Of a stretch of 26,499 nt of DNA, positions 1 to 10,128 are shown in pieces. This stretch comes from a virus (taxonomy: Duplodnaviria > Caudoviricetes): positions 1 to 26,499 of the IMG/VR virus record IMGVR_UViG_3300020044_003482. One strand, written 5' to 3'. The position numbers and the translations under genes were made by a program. The notes beneath the pieces are model-generated. The model worked only from the letters and a program-made list of their open reading frames with translations, was not told where the DNA came from and did no database searches. Each line of letters starts with the position of its first letter. Within the stretch, counting starts at the first letter, position 1.

Positions 1-28
1 CACTGTTACTGTTACTAACGGCACTTAA
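1..28 (+). CDS. 3' end of an upstream gene (partial, ...TVTVTNGT*), probably from the head module
   Basis: Open frame from position 2 ends at TAA 26-28, followed by TAG, a terminator and the tail genes. Confidence 0.4.
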
Positions 29-61
29 TAGTTAGGGGCGTTTCCTCCTTTTCGCCCCATT

Positions 62-95
62 ATGGGAGGGATTACACGGTCCCTCCCATTTCTTT
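62..95 (+). terminator. Rho-independent terminator before tail tubular A
   Basis: Stem ATGGGAGGGA (62-71) / TCCCTCCCAT (80-89) followed by TTCTTT; position analogous to T7 Tphi. Confidence 0.75.
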
Positions 96-110
96 ATGTG
101 GAGATAGATA

Positions 111-695
111 GTGGCTATTACAGATATTGATATTTGTGCTCGTGCTTTGATCTTGATTGGTGCATCACCTATCACATCATTTGATGATGGCACGACTGAA
201 GCAACTGTAGCCTCCAATCTCTACGAAGATACTGTCAAAGACATTCTTTCTCGTCATCGCTGGCGCTTTTCAACTGGACAAGTTCAAATGTCCAGACTGA
301 CCGCTGTTCCTGATGCTCGTTGGGATGCGGCCTATCAACTTCCAGCAGATCAAATTCTTGTTCACGCAGTTATGGTTAATGATAATGTCATTCCATATGA
401 TCGCTATCAGGATATGATCTATTGCAATGCTACGGCTGAAGAAGAAGTCTATATCGACTATTCATTCAGAGCAGATGAAAGCACTTGGCCTCCTTACTTT
501 GTAACGCTGGTGCAATATCAACTTGCTTCTATCTTCGCTTATTCTGTTGCAGCGCAAGAAATGCTTGCAGAAATGTGGGAGAAGAAAGCTGTCCGTCAAC
601 TTGCTGCTGCTCGATCTCTTGATAGTCAGAGCCAGACAACTCGCAGACTTAATGTCCAGCGCTATCATCAACTTCGCACTACAATTCGGGGGTAA
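111..695 (+). CDS. Tail tubular protein A / adaptor (T7 gp11-like)
   Basis: 194 aa; N-terminus DIDICARALILIGASPITSFDD, HRWRFS, YQLPAD typical of the family; GGAG RBS before a GTG start; synteny. Confidence 0.85.
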   Translation: MAITDIDICARALILIGASPITSFDDGTTEATVASNLYEDTVKDILSRHRWRFSTGQVQMSRLTAVPDARWDAAYQLPADQILVHAVMVNDNVIPYDRYQDMIYCNATAEEEVYIDYSFRADESTWPPYFVTLVQYQLASIFAYSVAAQEMLAEMWEKKAVRQLAAARSLDSQSQTTRRLNVQRYHQLRTTIRG

Positions 696-697
696 GT

Positions 698-2878
698 ATG
701 GGCGTTAAACTTGTCCAAACAAACTTCTCGTCTGGTGAGGTAGACCCTCTTCTTGATATGCGCCATGATACTGGCGCATATATGAATGGTGCGCGTAAAC
801 TTCGCAATGTGGCTCTACTTAATCAGGGTGGTGTTGCTCGCCGTGCTGGAACAACGCATCTTAATACGTTGACTGCTAGAACACGTCTCATCCCATTTGA
901 ATTTTCTTCTACTGAACGCTATTTATTTGCGTTCTCTAATACTCGTCTTGATATTTATGATCCAAATGGGTCTCTTATTACATCATTGACTGGATGTCCT
1001 TGGACAACTTCAATCTTGTTTAGCATGACGTATACTCAGGCTGCTGATGTCATGATCATTTGCCATCAGACAATGCCAATGCAAAAGATTGTACGCACTA
1101 GTTCAACAACATTTACTCGTTCTGCTCTTGAATTTACACAAGGTGTAAATGGTGAACAAATCTTTCAGCCATATTATAAATTTGCAGATGATGCTGTTAC
1201 TCTAAAAGCAAGTGCATCAACTGGATCTGGTGTTACTATAACAGCAAGCGCGGCACATTTTACAGCTGATTATGTTGGATTGCGTCTTCGTTGGTTTGGC
1301 GTAGAAATTCTTATTACTGGATATACAAGTTCTACAGTCCTTACTGGAACGATCAAAGGGACTTTAGAAGCAAACTATGATATTGATCCATTTAGGTCAA
1401 AAGATGGGTCTACGACTGTTGAAGTAACACATGCCCAACATGGTCTTGCTACTGGCGCAAGCGTTACAATTTCTGGAGCCAATGGGTTTGCTGGTATTAC
1501 AACTGCAAATCTAAATGGTGCAAGAACCATTACAGTTATTAACGATAACAAATATACGTTTGTTGCTGGTGGAGCTGCAACATCAAGCGTTGATGGTGGT
1601 GGTCCAAACGTTAAATTCAGCGGTGCAAATCTCCCGACACGAAACTGGGATGAACCATCATTCTCTGTAGTAGCAGGATATGCTGGTGCTTGCACATTCC
1701 ATGAATCGCGTCTTTGGCTTGGGGGATCTTTGTCTCAGCCTGATGCATTGTGGGCATCCAAGATTAATCAGTTCTTTAACTTTGATGTTGGAGAAGGTTT
1801 AGATAACGAATCAATTCAAGTCACTATTGGATCTGATGACATCTCTAACGTAAAGCATCTTGTGTCTAACCGACACTTGCAAATCTTTACATCGACATCT
1901 GAGTTTTATGTTCCTCGTAACCAGAATACGACCGTTACGGCTGGCAACATCACAATTAATAGGCAGACTCCATATGGTTGTGCTGATATTCCTCCACATC
2001 CTTTTGATGGTGCAACGGTCTATGTGCAAGCCACGCTAAAGGCTGTTCGTGAGTTTATCTATACGGATACCGAACAAGCCTATAATTCTGCCGCGTTGAC
2101 TATTCTATCTGATCATCTGGTCAGGTCTCCTTTTGATATGGCTGTTAGCTACGGCACATCAAAAAGAGCAGAACAGTATCTTCTCTTGGTCAATGATGAC
2201 GGCACTATGGCTGTCTTTCATTCTGCTCGTGCAGAAAAACTTGCTGGATGGACTTTGTGGAGCACAGAACATCCATCTGGAATTGCAAAGTTTGATAGTG
2301 TTGCAACAATCGGCGATAAGATCTATGTGTCTGTATTACGTGGCACATCATATTATCTTGAACAGTTTGCAGCAGATCATCTTGACCTATCTCTTGACTG
2401 TGCGCACTCTTATACAAGTGGATCTGCACAAACAGTATGGACTGTTAACTCTATTTATCAAGGCAGAGTAGTTTCAGTTGTATCAAACAACTACTATCTT
2501 GGTGACTTTACGGTTAATGGGTCAAATCAGATCACATTGAATGATGCAGTTACAGATATAACTATAGGGTTCAATTACAGTGTTGAAGTAGAAACACTCC
2601 CTGTGCATATTCAACTGCCACAGGGTGTATATACTGGTAGGCCAAAACGAATTGCTCGTGTTATTCTTGGGTTGAATAGCACACTTGCAGTTAGTATATC
2701 TGGCAATAGATTAATCATTCGTCAGGTAACAGATGATTTTTCTTTGCAGCCAACTGCTGTTACTGGGAAACGGGAGTTTTTCTTGCTCGGCTTTAATCGT
2801 GATGCAACAGTAGTCATAACTCAATCTGAACCATTACCTATGCGGCTACTTGGCTTGGCAATGGAGGTATCTGTTTAA
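698..2878 (+). CDS. Tail tubular protein B / nozzle (T7 gp12-like)
   Basis: 726 aa beta-rich; QTNFSSGEVDP start, GGVARRAGT, RLIPFEFS, FHESRLWLGG, C-terminal QSEPLPMRLLGL. Confidence 0.85.
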   Translation: MGVKLVQTNFSSGEVDPLLDMRHDTGAYMNGARKLRNVALLNQGGVARRAGTTHLNTLTARTRLIPFEFSSTERYLFAFSNTRLDIYDPNGSLITSLTGCPWTTSILFSMTYTQAADVMIICHQTMPMQKIVRTSSTTFTRSALEFTQGVNGEQIFQPYYKFADDAVTLKASASTGSGVTITASAAHFTADYVGLRLRWFGVEILITGYTSSTVLTGTIKGTLEANYDIDPFRSKDGSTTVEVTHAQHGLATGASVTISGANGFAGITTANLNGARTITVINDNKYTFVAGGAATSSVDGGGPNVKFSGANLPTRNWDEPSFSVVAGYAGACTFHESRLWLGGSLSQPDALWASKINQFFNFDVGEGLDNESIQVTIGSDDISNVKHLVSNRHLQIFTSTSEFYVPRNQNTTVTAGNITINRQTPYGCADIPPHPFDGATVYVQATLKAVREFIYTDTEQAYNSAALTILSDHLVRSPFDMAVSYGTSKRAEQYLLLVNDDGTMAVFHSARAEKLAGWTLWSTEHPSGIAKFDSVATIGDKIYVSVLRGTSYYLEQFAADHLDLSLDCAHSYTSGSAQTVWTVNSIYQGRVVSVVSNNYYLGDFTVNGSNQITLNDAVTDITIGFNYSVEVETLPVHIQLPQGVYTGRPKRIARVILGLNSTLAVSISGNRLIIRQVTDDFSLQPTAVTGKREFFLLGFNRDATVVITQSEPLPMRLLGLAMEVSV

Positions 2879-3390
2879 TGTGTGATCCAGTAACATTATT
2901 GATTGCTTCTACTGCCGTCTCTGCTGTTGGGGGTATGGCGCAAGCTGGGATGGCATCTGCGGCTGCTGAGTCTGAAGCTGCCTTCCGTAATTATCAAATT
3001 GAGATACAAAATCGTCAACTTGAAGAAGATAAAAAGCAAGCGGAGATCCAAGCAATTCAGCAAGAAAATGCTCGACAAGAGGCTTCTCGCCGTGCTCGTG
3101 CAACCAATGAGGCATTCATTGCTTCATCTGGTGTAGGAGAAAATATTTCTTTCTTGCAAGGCGCTGAAGTTGTTGCTGATAAAAATCTTCGCACTGATGT
3201 TGCGAGTATGCGATTAAATGCTCTTATTGGACAGAATCGCATTGCTGATCAAATCATGGTAAACAAAGCAGAAGGTCAATTTGCAATTGCTCGTGCTGGT
3301 ATGACTTCTCAGGCAGCATATATGGGTGCAGTTACAAATACGATTGGGACAGCCCTGAGTAATGCTTATCGCTACAAGGCTCGTTATTAA
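2878..3390 (+). CDS. Small internal virion (ejection) protein, T7 gp14-like
   Basis: MCDPVT start, hydrophobic Ala/Gly N-terminus, Gln/Ala helical body; position after nozzle gene. Confidence 0.75.
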   Translation: MCDPVTLLIASTAVSAVGGMAQAGMASAAAESEAAFRNYQIEIQNRQLEEDKKQAEIQAIQQENARQEASRRARATNEAFIASSGVGENISFLQGAEVVADKNLRTDVASMRLNALIGQNRIADQIMVNKAEGQFAIARAGMTSQAAYMGAVTNTIGTALSNAYRYKARY

Positions 3391-3400
3391 GGATTAAAAA

Positions 3401-6400
3401 ATGCCGATTCAAACTGATCCACAACAGATTGTAGTACAGCCAAGCGGTCGATATATCCGTGAGTTTAAAACTGATTTACCTCGTCCAAACTTAAATGTTG
3501 GAGCAATTGCAGAAGGAATTGGTCAGGTTGGTGGTGAGCAACTTTTGCGTGAGGCAAAGGTTGTTGGTGAAACTGCTGGTAAAAATGCACTTGTTCTTAA
3601 AAATGCTAATGGATCATATGAAGCACCTCCTGCGCCAGAAACATTTGGTTGGGCTGCAAAGTATGCATACGACAATGCTGTTGAGCAAACATATGTCAAC
3701 ACGTTGTATCGTGATGTTGAAAGAAGTTTGAACAATATTTCAAGCCGTCCTAATACAGCTCCCGAAGAACGTATTAGACTTATGGATGCATATATCCAGT
3801 CATCTATTAATACGGTTGATCCTAGATATAAAGGTCAACTTTCAATTATCTTTGGGCGTGAATTTAACCAGCGCCAAGCGTCTATTCTAAATCAGGCTCG
3901 TAGTGATGATGCATCATTCCGAACTCATGCTCTTGCTGGCGATACTAAAACTTATGTCAATAGTGCTATTGATGCTTGGAGTGCTGGAGATCCAGAAGCA
4001 GGAAATCTTCATCTTGCAGAAGGACGCAAATCATATGAAGCATCTATTCGCCTAAAAACTGTAGATGAAAATTTGATTGCTGATCAAATGCGCAAATTTG
4101 ATGAGCAAGCAAATGGGTTTCGTTGGTTTAATAATGTCTATCAAAAAGTTCGTGCTGCGGCAGCTGATAAAACAGCTAACCCAGATGATATTAGTCGTCT
4201 TTCTAGAATGTTGCAGGAAGGTGCAAGCCCAACTGGTGCAACTGCATTTGGTATAACTGACACTGATATTGTTAAGAATATGTCGCGTGAAGCTCGTATT
4301 CACATGCGTCAGATTGTTAGCAGTCTTGATCAGGAATATTCTGCACAGTTTGCTCAAAGTAATGAAGACCGTAAGGCTCAAGATCTTCATGACTTCTTGA
4401 CCGCTGGTGGAACATTTAAGCCAGACACATTCAGTGACAAAGATCTTGCCAATGCGAGTCGAAAAGCCTTACTTGCATCAAGTTTAAATCCTTATAGTCC
4501 AGAAGGCGTTAAGGCTCTTGCTTATAAATTCAATGGCGTTTTGCCACATGAATTATATAAAACCTATTTTGCTGGCATTCATGAAAATGATGCAGGAACT
4601 CCAGAAGGCGCTGCACGAATCAGAGAAAGACTTGATCTTTATCGTGCATTGAATGCGCTACCAACTCGTTCTGGTATCCAAGATAGAACTGAAGTTATTG
4701 GTCAGACTGAACGGAACTATCTTCGTGTTCTTGAGTCAAAACTTGAAGCGCAATATGGACTTCAAGAAGCTGATCGTTCTGTAAAAGCAATCTTCAAAGC
4801 TGCTGGTTCTTTGGATCAGGGTGCAATTATGAAGATGGTTCATAGTGCTTATAATGATTCAACTGGTAATACTGGCCCTGTTGATCAAAGGAAAATTGTT
4901 GACTCAGCAATTAACTCTGCTTCATTTCCTATCTTTGGATCTCCTAGTTATGGAGAGTTACCAAAGATAGCTCGTGATCAAATTGAATCATCCATTGCAT
5001 CCAGCATTTCGCAAGGCGTTGATTTTAGACAGGCTGCAAAAGATGCAGGAAATGACTTTGTTCGTAACTGGACAAAGAGCAAAGATGTTATTGCTGGATT
5101 GGTTGGTAATGCTACTTGGGTCCAGAAAAAAGATGAATTGCCAGTTGCATATGATGCTTTAACTGGTCAAGGCAATAAAGATTATATTAAGCCATATGTT
5201 GAAAAAATCATTGCCGAAAGACTTAATGATGGTCAAAAAGCAATTCTTGGTGAACTAAAGTATGGTGATAACATTAAGTTGGAGCCAACAAATATATCCG
5301 GCCCTAATCGTAGTTATTATCTTACTTACTATAAGCCAGATGCTCTTGGTTTTCAGCGTCTTGTTGACAAAAGTGGTCAGCCATTAATGGTTATTCCTCA
5401 AGGTGCAAAAGATGCCTATGAGAAATATACTGCTGCTGAAAATCAATATCGCACAATTATTGGTCGTGTTTCTACAAGCCAAGATATTATTCAACCAGAT
5501 GGTTCAGTTGCGACTGAAAAGCCAAAGAATAATATTGCCTTGATTGCAACTGGAACAAACGATTGGAACATAGAAGCTGGTCCTAAGATGGATCGTGCTG
5601 TTGGTAATAACATCAAAGAGATGATTGATCTTGCTCGTTCTCGTGGGCAACAACCAGTTCTCATTATGCCTAATGGCAATGATCCAAAATATGCAAATGT
5701 TCGAGACTCAATTACTCGCGCGATTGCGGATATTGGTCCTGATAAGGTAACGGTTGTTGAAGGTAAGTATCGTCAGAATGATTCTGCTCATCTTACTCCC
5801 GCATCAATTAAAGAAATTACAGACCAATATAAGGGCGCTATTGTCTATGGCGATAGCAACGCTGTGCTTCTTGGCAATAGACTTGGATATACACAGAGAT
5901 CTATTGAACTCAGAACTCAATCTGGGACTGTTCAAAATTATCCAAGCATTGTAGATGCAAAAGGAAATATGACTGCTCGTGGAGCAATGAATACGGCTTT
6001 CATTAGCGGTCTAATGAAGAATCATCCTATTCCTGCTGGCACATTGGAAAATCCTGCTCCAATTGATCGACCTCAACTTAACATTGATTTGAGGCATGTT
6101 GATCCACTGCCTTCAACAAACGAACTTTTGGGTAGAATAAACAATCAGCCAAACATGACTGAAGACAAAAAAAAATTGCTTGATGCAATCAGCACGAAAG
6201 TATCTGAGTATTCTCTTGATAATTATGCAACTTATGTTGTGAAGACAATTGGATTGGAGTCTGGCTTTAATCCAACTGCAAAAAACAAAAGTAGCAGTGC
6301 ATATGGTCTTGGTCAGTTTACTGATCCTGCATGGGCGCAATATGGTCGTGGAGATCGAAGCGATCCTGTGGCACAGATTGATGCATTCATGCGTCTTACC

Positions 6401-6670
6401 CAAGATAACATAAAATCTTTTGAACGATCATATAGTCGCAAGCCAAACTCTGGTGAACTTTATCTTATGCATCAACAGGGCGCTGCTGGTGCAATGGCAC
6501 TGCTTAATAATCCAGATGAGAATGCAATGGTTGCTCTGCAACGTGTTGTTAAAAGCAGAGAGACTGCTGTAAACTCTATCTATCTTAATGTGCCTACTAG
6601 TGCTCGTGCCTATGCTGGAAGTTTAACTTCTAAACAATTTACTGACATGTGGATGAATAGGTTTAATTAA
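3401..6670 (+). CDS. Large internal virion protein with SGNH-like segment and C-terminal lytic transglycosylase
   Basis: 1089 aa; C-terminal IGLESGFNPTAKNKSSSAYGLGQF and LYLMHQQGAAGA are SLT-fold motifs; GTND, DSAH and GDS motifs at 5552-5857. Confidence 0.75.
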   Translation: MPIQTDPQQIVVQPSGRYIREFKTDLPRPNLNVGAIAEGIGQVGGEQLLREAKVVGETAGKNALVLKNANGSYEAPPAPETFGWAAKYAYDNAVEQTYVNTLYRDVERSLNNISSRPNTAPEERIRLMDAYIQSSINTVDPRYKGQLSIIFGREFNQRQASILNQARSDDASFRTHALAGDTKTYVNSAIDAWSAGDPEAGNLHLAEGRKSYEASIRLKTVDENLIADQMRKFDEQANGFRWFNNVYQKVRAAAADKTANPDDISRLSRMLQEGASPTGATAFGITDTDIVKNMSREARIHMRQIVSSLDQEYSAQFAQSNEDRKAQDLHDFLTAGGTFKPDTFSDKDLANASRKALLASSLNPYSPEGVKALAYKFNGVLPHELYKTYFAGIHENDAGTPEGAARIRERLDLYRALNALPTRSGIQDRTEVIGQTERNYLRVLESKLEAQYGLQEADRSVKAIFKAAGSLDQGAIMKMVHSAYNDSTGNTGPVDQRKIVDSAINSASFPIFGSPSYGELPKIARDQIESSIASSISQGVDFRQAAKDAGNDFVRNWTKSKDVIAGLVGNATWVQKKDELPVAYDALTGQGNKDYIKPYVEKIIAERLNDGQKAILGELKYGDNIKLEPTNISGPNRSYYLTYYKPDALGFQRLVDKSGQPLMVIPQGAKDAYEKYTAAENQYRTIIGRVSTSQDIIQPDGSVATEKPKNNIALIATGTNDWNIEAGPKMDRAVGNNIKEMIDLARSRGQQPVLIMPNGNDPKYANVRDSITRAIADIGPDKVTVVEGKYRQNDSAHLTPASIKEITDQYKGAIVYGDSNAVLLGNRLGYTQRSIELRTQSGTVQNYPSIVDAKGNMTARGAMNTAFISGLMKNHPIPAGTLENPAPIDRPQLNIDLRHVDPLPSTNELLGRINNQPNMTEDKKKLLDAISTKVSEYSLDNYATYVVKTIGLESGFNPTAKNKSSSAYGLGQFTDPAWAQYGRGDRSDPVAQIDAFMRLTQDNIKSFERSYSRKPNSGELYLMHQQGAAGAMALLNNPDENAMVALQRVVKSRETAVNSIYLNVPTSARAYAGSLTSKQFTDMWMNRFN

Positions 6671-9600
6671 TGGAACTTACTCCAGAACTTACCGCTGAAT
6701 TTCAAAAGCCTGCCAATGAGCAATTTGGTGGGCAGCTTACTTCTGTCGAGCCTACTCCAGCTCCGTATATTACGGAAAAGCAAGGCGTGCTTGGCAACAT
6801 TTACGATATTGCAACACGCAGTTCGACGGCTAGTTTTTTGCAATGGCAACACGATCAGATCTATAATCGTGAAAATCCATCATTTAACTTGGCTCAATAT
6901 CTTGAGCAAAATCCAGATCGTCGGGCGTATGCTCATATCTTTGCTGATGCAGAAAATGCAAACTATGCCGATGACCGCTGGAAAAGATTTGTTAGCAATC
7001 AGGAAGCTGATAAACGTGTAAATGATAGTGAAGCATTCTGGTCTCGCATGGCTATTGAGACACTAACAGATCCAATCAATGCTGTTCCCGGACTTTCAAT
7101 GCGTCGAGGCGTTGGGATCATCGAAGGCATTATCCGTGGTTCTGGATCTGCATTACCATCTATTGCTGTCGATCAATTGGTTAAAGCCAAATACGATCCT
7201 AACTTTACATTTGATCAGGCTAAACATGAAGTTGTCTATGGCGCTTTATTGTTTGGTGCATTAGGTGGCGCTATTGGTCTTTTACGTCCAAACCGTGGAG
7301 TAGAAGCTCTTGCTAAAGACATGGCTATGGAAGCTCGTCGATTGGCTGGAGATAGTACTACACCTACAAAACCAACAAATCCATTAAACCTAACTGTTGA
7401 TCAATCTCCTACTGTTCTTCATAGCGTTCCTCATGATCAGAATGGAAGTTATCGTCCATTTGAGATTGTTGAGACTGGTGACACACCTACTGGATATGCA
7501 AGTGCATATGGCTTGGAAAAAGTTGCAGCGCAGCAGGGACCATTTGCTCGTCTTGTAAATAGCGGCTATCGCGTTATGGAAGATTTGGCTAATCGTCTTG
7601 CTGGCGATTACGGCACAATGTTCAAACGCAATCAAGTTGGTATTGCAACTGAACCTTCTGCATATCTTGCATCTGAAGGGTGGCGAGTTATGGCTGGAGA
7701 TGCCATTGCAGAACTGCGCCGTATTCATGCAGCATATCTTACAGATGGTTTACAAAGTGCAGAAGTTGCTGGAATCAATGTAAGAAGTGCTTTTGCTGGT
7801 GTTGCTGATACAGGTCGTAAGGCTTTAGGTATAGCACGTTCTGATGGCAAAATGCGCTTTGATCAATTCCTTGATGAGGTGTTTAAAACACATAAAGCAG
7901 ACTCTCTTGCTCATGATAATAAATATGTGCTTGAAGCAGCTAAATCTATTCGTCCATTTTTTGATGAAATTCTTGGCGCACAATTGCGTTCTGGTTATAT
8001 TCGTAATGCTGAATGGGCAAGCCGTAGTAAAGCGACATTAATTGGTGAGCGTCTTCGTGTTCTTGATGAATTGCGTGTTCTTGAAGGTAAGCAAAATCCT
8101 ACTGCAAATGAAACTGCACTTATACAACATCAACGTGAGCACATTAAAAAGCTGGATGCTGAGTTAAATCGTCTTGATGAACTCCTAAGTAATACAACTA
8201 ATGCGCCGTTACAAATCGGTGAAAAGGTTGATGTTGGCGTAACTGGTGTAAGCGGTATTGAGCGTCCTAGACAGCCAATGCCAGCTAATGAAAACTATTC
8301 AAAGTTTACAGGTCCAGAAAAATTCTATCTTCCTCGCATGTTTATTCCAGAACAGGTTGCTGCAAAAGAAGCAGAACTGCGGAAGATGATGACTGATTGG
8401 TATATGAATCCAGAGAATAATCCTAATGGCGTTCCTCTGGCAGAAAAAATTAAAGAACGCGTTGATGCTGAAATCAATGCAATGATGCAACAAACTATTA
8501 CTGGTGAACGCGCACCAGAAGGTGGTCTTGGTCGTGCATTCTTTACTCGTCAGCGCTCAAATGAAATTCCTAATGAAAAATTTGCAGAACTTGGTGTGAT
8601 TGATACAGACATTGCACATGTTCTTCATATGTATTCCCATCGCGCTGGCATTGGCATTGAATATACTCGTGCTTTTGGAAGCCCTGATGGTGAACTTGCA
8701 TTGTCTCGTGCTCTTGCTCAAGTGGCTCGTGAGAGTAAAGGCAAATCATCAGATGAAATTTTAAAGGAGATGCAAAATCTTAAAGATGAATTTGCAAATC
8801 TACGCGATGGTATGCTTGGCACTGCATTTAATAATCCAGATGCAATTGGTAAACGTGAAGCAAGCATTATGAAATCATGGTTTGCATTGACCTCTATGGG
8901 TCGTGCAATTTTTTCTTCGCTTGGTGAAACTGTTAGACCAATGTGGGTGCTTGGGATTAAAGAAAACTTTAACTTTGCACTTAATGCTCTTGGCAATACT
9001 GATCTAATTAAAAAAGGTATTGGTGAGCAACGTACAATGGCTGCTGATTTTTTTGAATTAGCCATGGGTTTGACTCATCGTCGTCAAATGGAAGGTGGTG
9101 TTGAATCTGGATTTAGCCTTAATAAGTACAATCAGGCTCTTGATCAAATAGAACGTCCATTAAGTTTTCTTTCTCGTGCTCCTCTTTATGTAATGAATGG
9201 AGTAGGAATCCTCACACATATCCAAAAAGTATATACTGGATTAGTGGCATCACACATTCTTATTCGTAATATCAAGAATGTTGCTGAAGGCGTGCATACT
9301 CCTAAAGAACTAGAGTTTCTTGCTAGTTATGGAATTTCTAGAGAAGACGCAAAACTTATAGCAAATATGCCAATTGAAACTGACCGTGGCATTAACTTTG
9401 CCAATACCGCAAACTGGTCGGATCGTGATTTGGCTCGTAAATTCTATGACTCTGTGACTGCTATTCAGCGTCGAGTAATTAACACTGCTGGTCCTGCTGA
9501 CAAACCAGCAATCATGATGGGCATTCTTGGTAAGGGCGCTGATCGTAGAGATGCGTCATTGTTGTCTGTTCCATTCCAGTTACGCACTTGGAGCATGGCT

Positions 9601-10086
9601 GCTACAAATAAGATTATGTTGTCTGGTTTGCAGGGCCGTGATGCCAGCTTTATGTCTGGCGCATTGATGATGGTAGGCGCATCTTATCTAATGATGGATT
9701 TAAAAACACCAGATAATGTTTGGAGAAAGATGAATATGGATGAGCGCATTCTTTCATCTCTTGAACACTCTGGCATCTTTGGATGGTATGGAGATATGAA
9801 CCATACTTTGGAACAACTTACGCAAGACAAGTTTGGTATTCGTCCCGCTATGAATATGCAACCAAAGTTTGGTCAGATGTCGGATGATTATACAACTGCT
9901 GGCGAATTGCTTGGTCCTGCTCCAACTAAAATGATGGATCTTTATAAGGCATTTTCTAATCCAACTTCTTCTAGTCGTGAGCGTTCCAGAGCCATTGTTA
10001 ATTCAATCCCGTTCAATAATTTGTTCTGGATTCCTCAGACATGGCGCAAAATGGCTATGCAAGGTGTTGAGGAAATAGTCCATTGA
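6670..10086 (+). CDS. Large internal virion protein (T7 gp16-like position)
   Basis: 1138 aa helical protein; YLPRMF motif; C-terminal ELLGPA...IPFNNLFWI; lies between ejection genes and tail fibre. Confidence 0.7.
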   Translation: MELTPELTAEFQKPANEQFGGQLTSVEPTPAPYITEKQGVLGNIYDIATRSSTASFLQWQHDQIYNRENPSFNLAQYLEQNPDRRAYAHIFADAENANYADDRWKRFVSNQEADKRVNDSEAFWSRMAIETLTDPINAVPGLSMRRGVGIIEGIIRGSGSALPSIAVDQLVKAKYDPNFTFDQAKHEVVYGALLFGALGGAIGLLRPNRGVEALAKDMAMEARRLAGDSTTPTKPTNPLNLTVDQSPTVLHSVPHDQNGSYRPFEIVETGDTPTGYASAYGLEKVAAQQGPFARLVNSGYRVMEDLANRLAGDYGTMFKRNQVGIATEPSAYLASEGWRVMAGDAIAELRRIHAAYLTDGLQSAEVAGINVRSAFAGVADTGRKALGIARSDGKMRFDQFLDEVFKTHKADSLAHDNKYVLEAAKSIRPFFDEILGAQLRSGYIRNAEWASRSKATLIGERLRVLDELRVLEGKQNPTANETALIQHQREHIKKLDAELNRLDELLSNTTNAPLQIGEKVDVGVTGVSGIERPRQPMPANENYSKFTGPEKFYLPRMFIPEQVAAKEAELRKMMTDWYMNPENNPNGVPLAEKIKERVDAEINAMMQQTITGERAPEGGLGRAFFTRQRSNEIPNEKFAELGVIDTDIAHVLHMYSHRAGIGIEYTRAFGSPDGELALSRALAQVARESKGKSSDEILKEMQNLKDEFANLRDGMLGTAFNNPDAIGKREASIMKSWFALTSMGRAIFSSLGETVRPMWVLGIKENFNFALNALGNTDLIKKGIGEQRTMAADFFELAMGLTHRRQMEGGVESGFSLNKYNQALDQIERPLSFLSRAPLYVMNGVGILTHIQKVYTGLVASHILIRNIKNVAEGVHTPKELEFLASYGISREDAKLIANMPIETDRGINFANTANWSDRDLARKFYDSVTAIQRRVINTAGPADKPAIMMGILGKGADRRDASLLSVPFQLRTWSMAATNKIMLSGLQGRDASFMSGALMMVGASYLMMDLKTPDNVWRKMNMDERILSSLEHSGIFGWYGDMNHTLEQLTQDKFGIRPAMNMQPKFGQMSDDYTTAGELLGPAPTKMMDLYKAFSNPTSSSRERSRAIVNSIPFNNLFWIPQTWRKMAMQGVEEIVH

Positions 10087-10128
10087 CAGCAATTTGTTAA
10101 GATAGCAAACAGGCTATAGGAGACTTAC

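Noticed and set aside
3495-9065. Many short alternate-frame ORFs within the internal virion genes
   Set aside because: Leu/Met-rich off-frame shadows explained by codon bias
10083-10112. TTGACA before the tail fibre gene as an internal promoter
   Set aside because: Overlaps the upstream stop codon and has no convincing -10 at 16-18 nt
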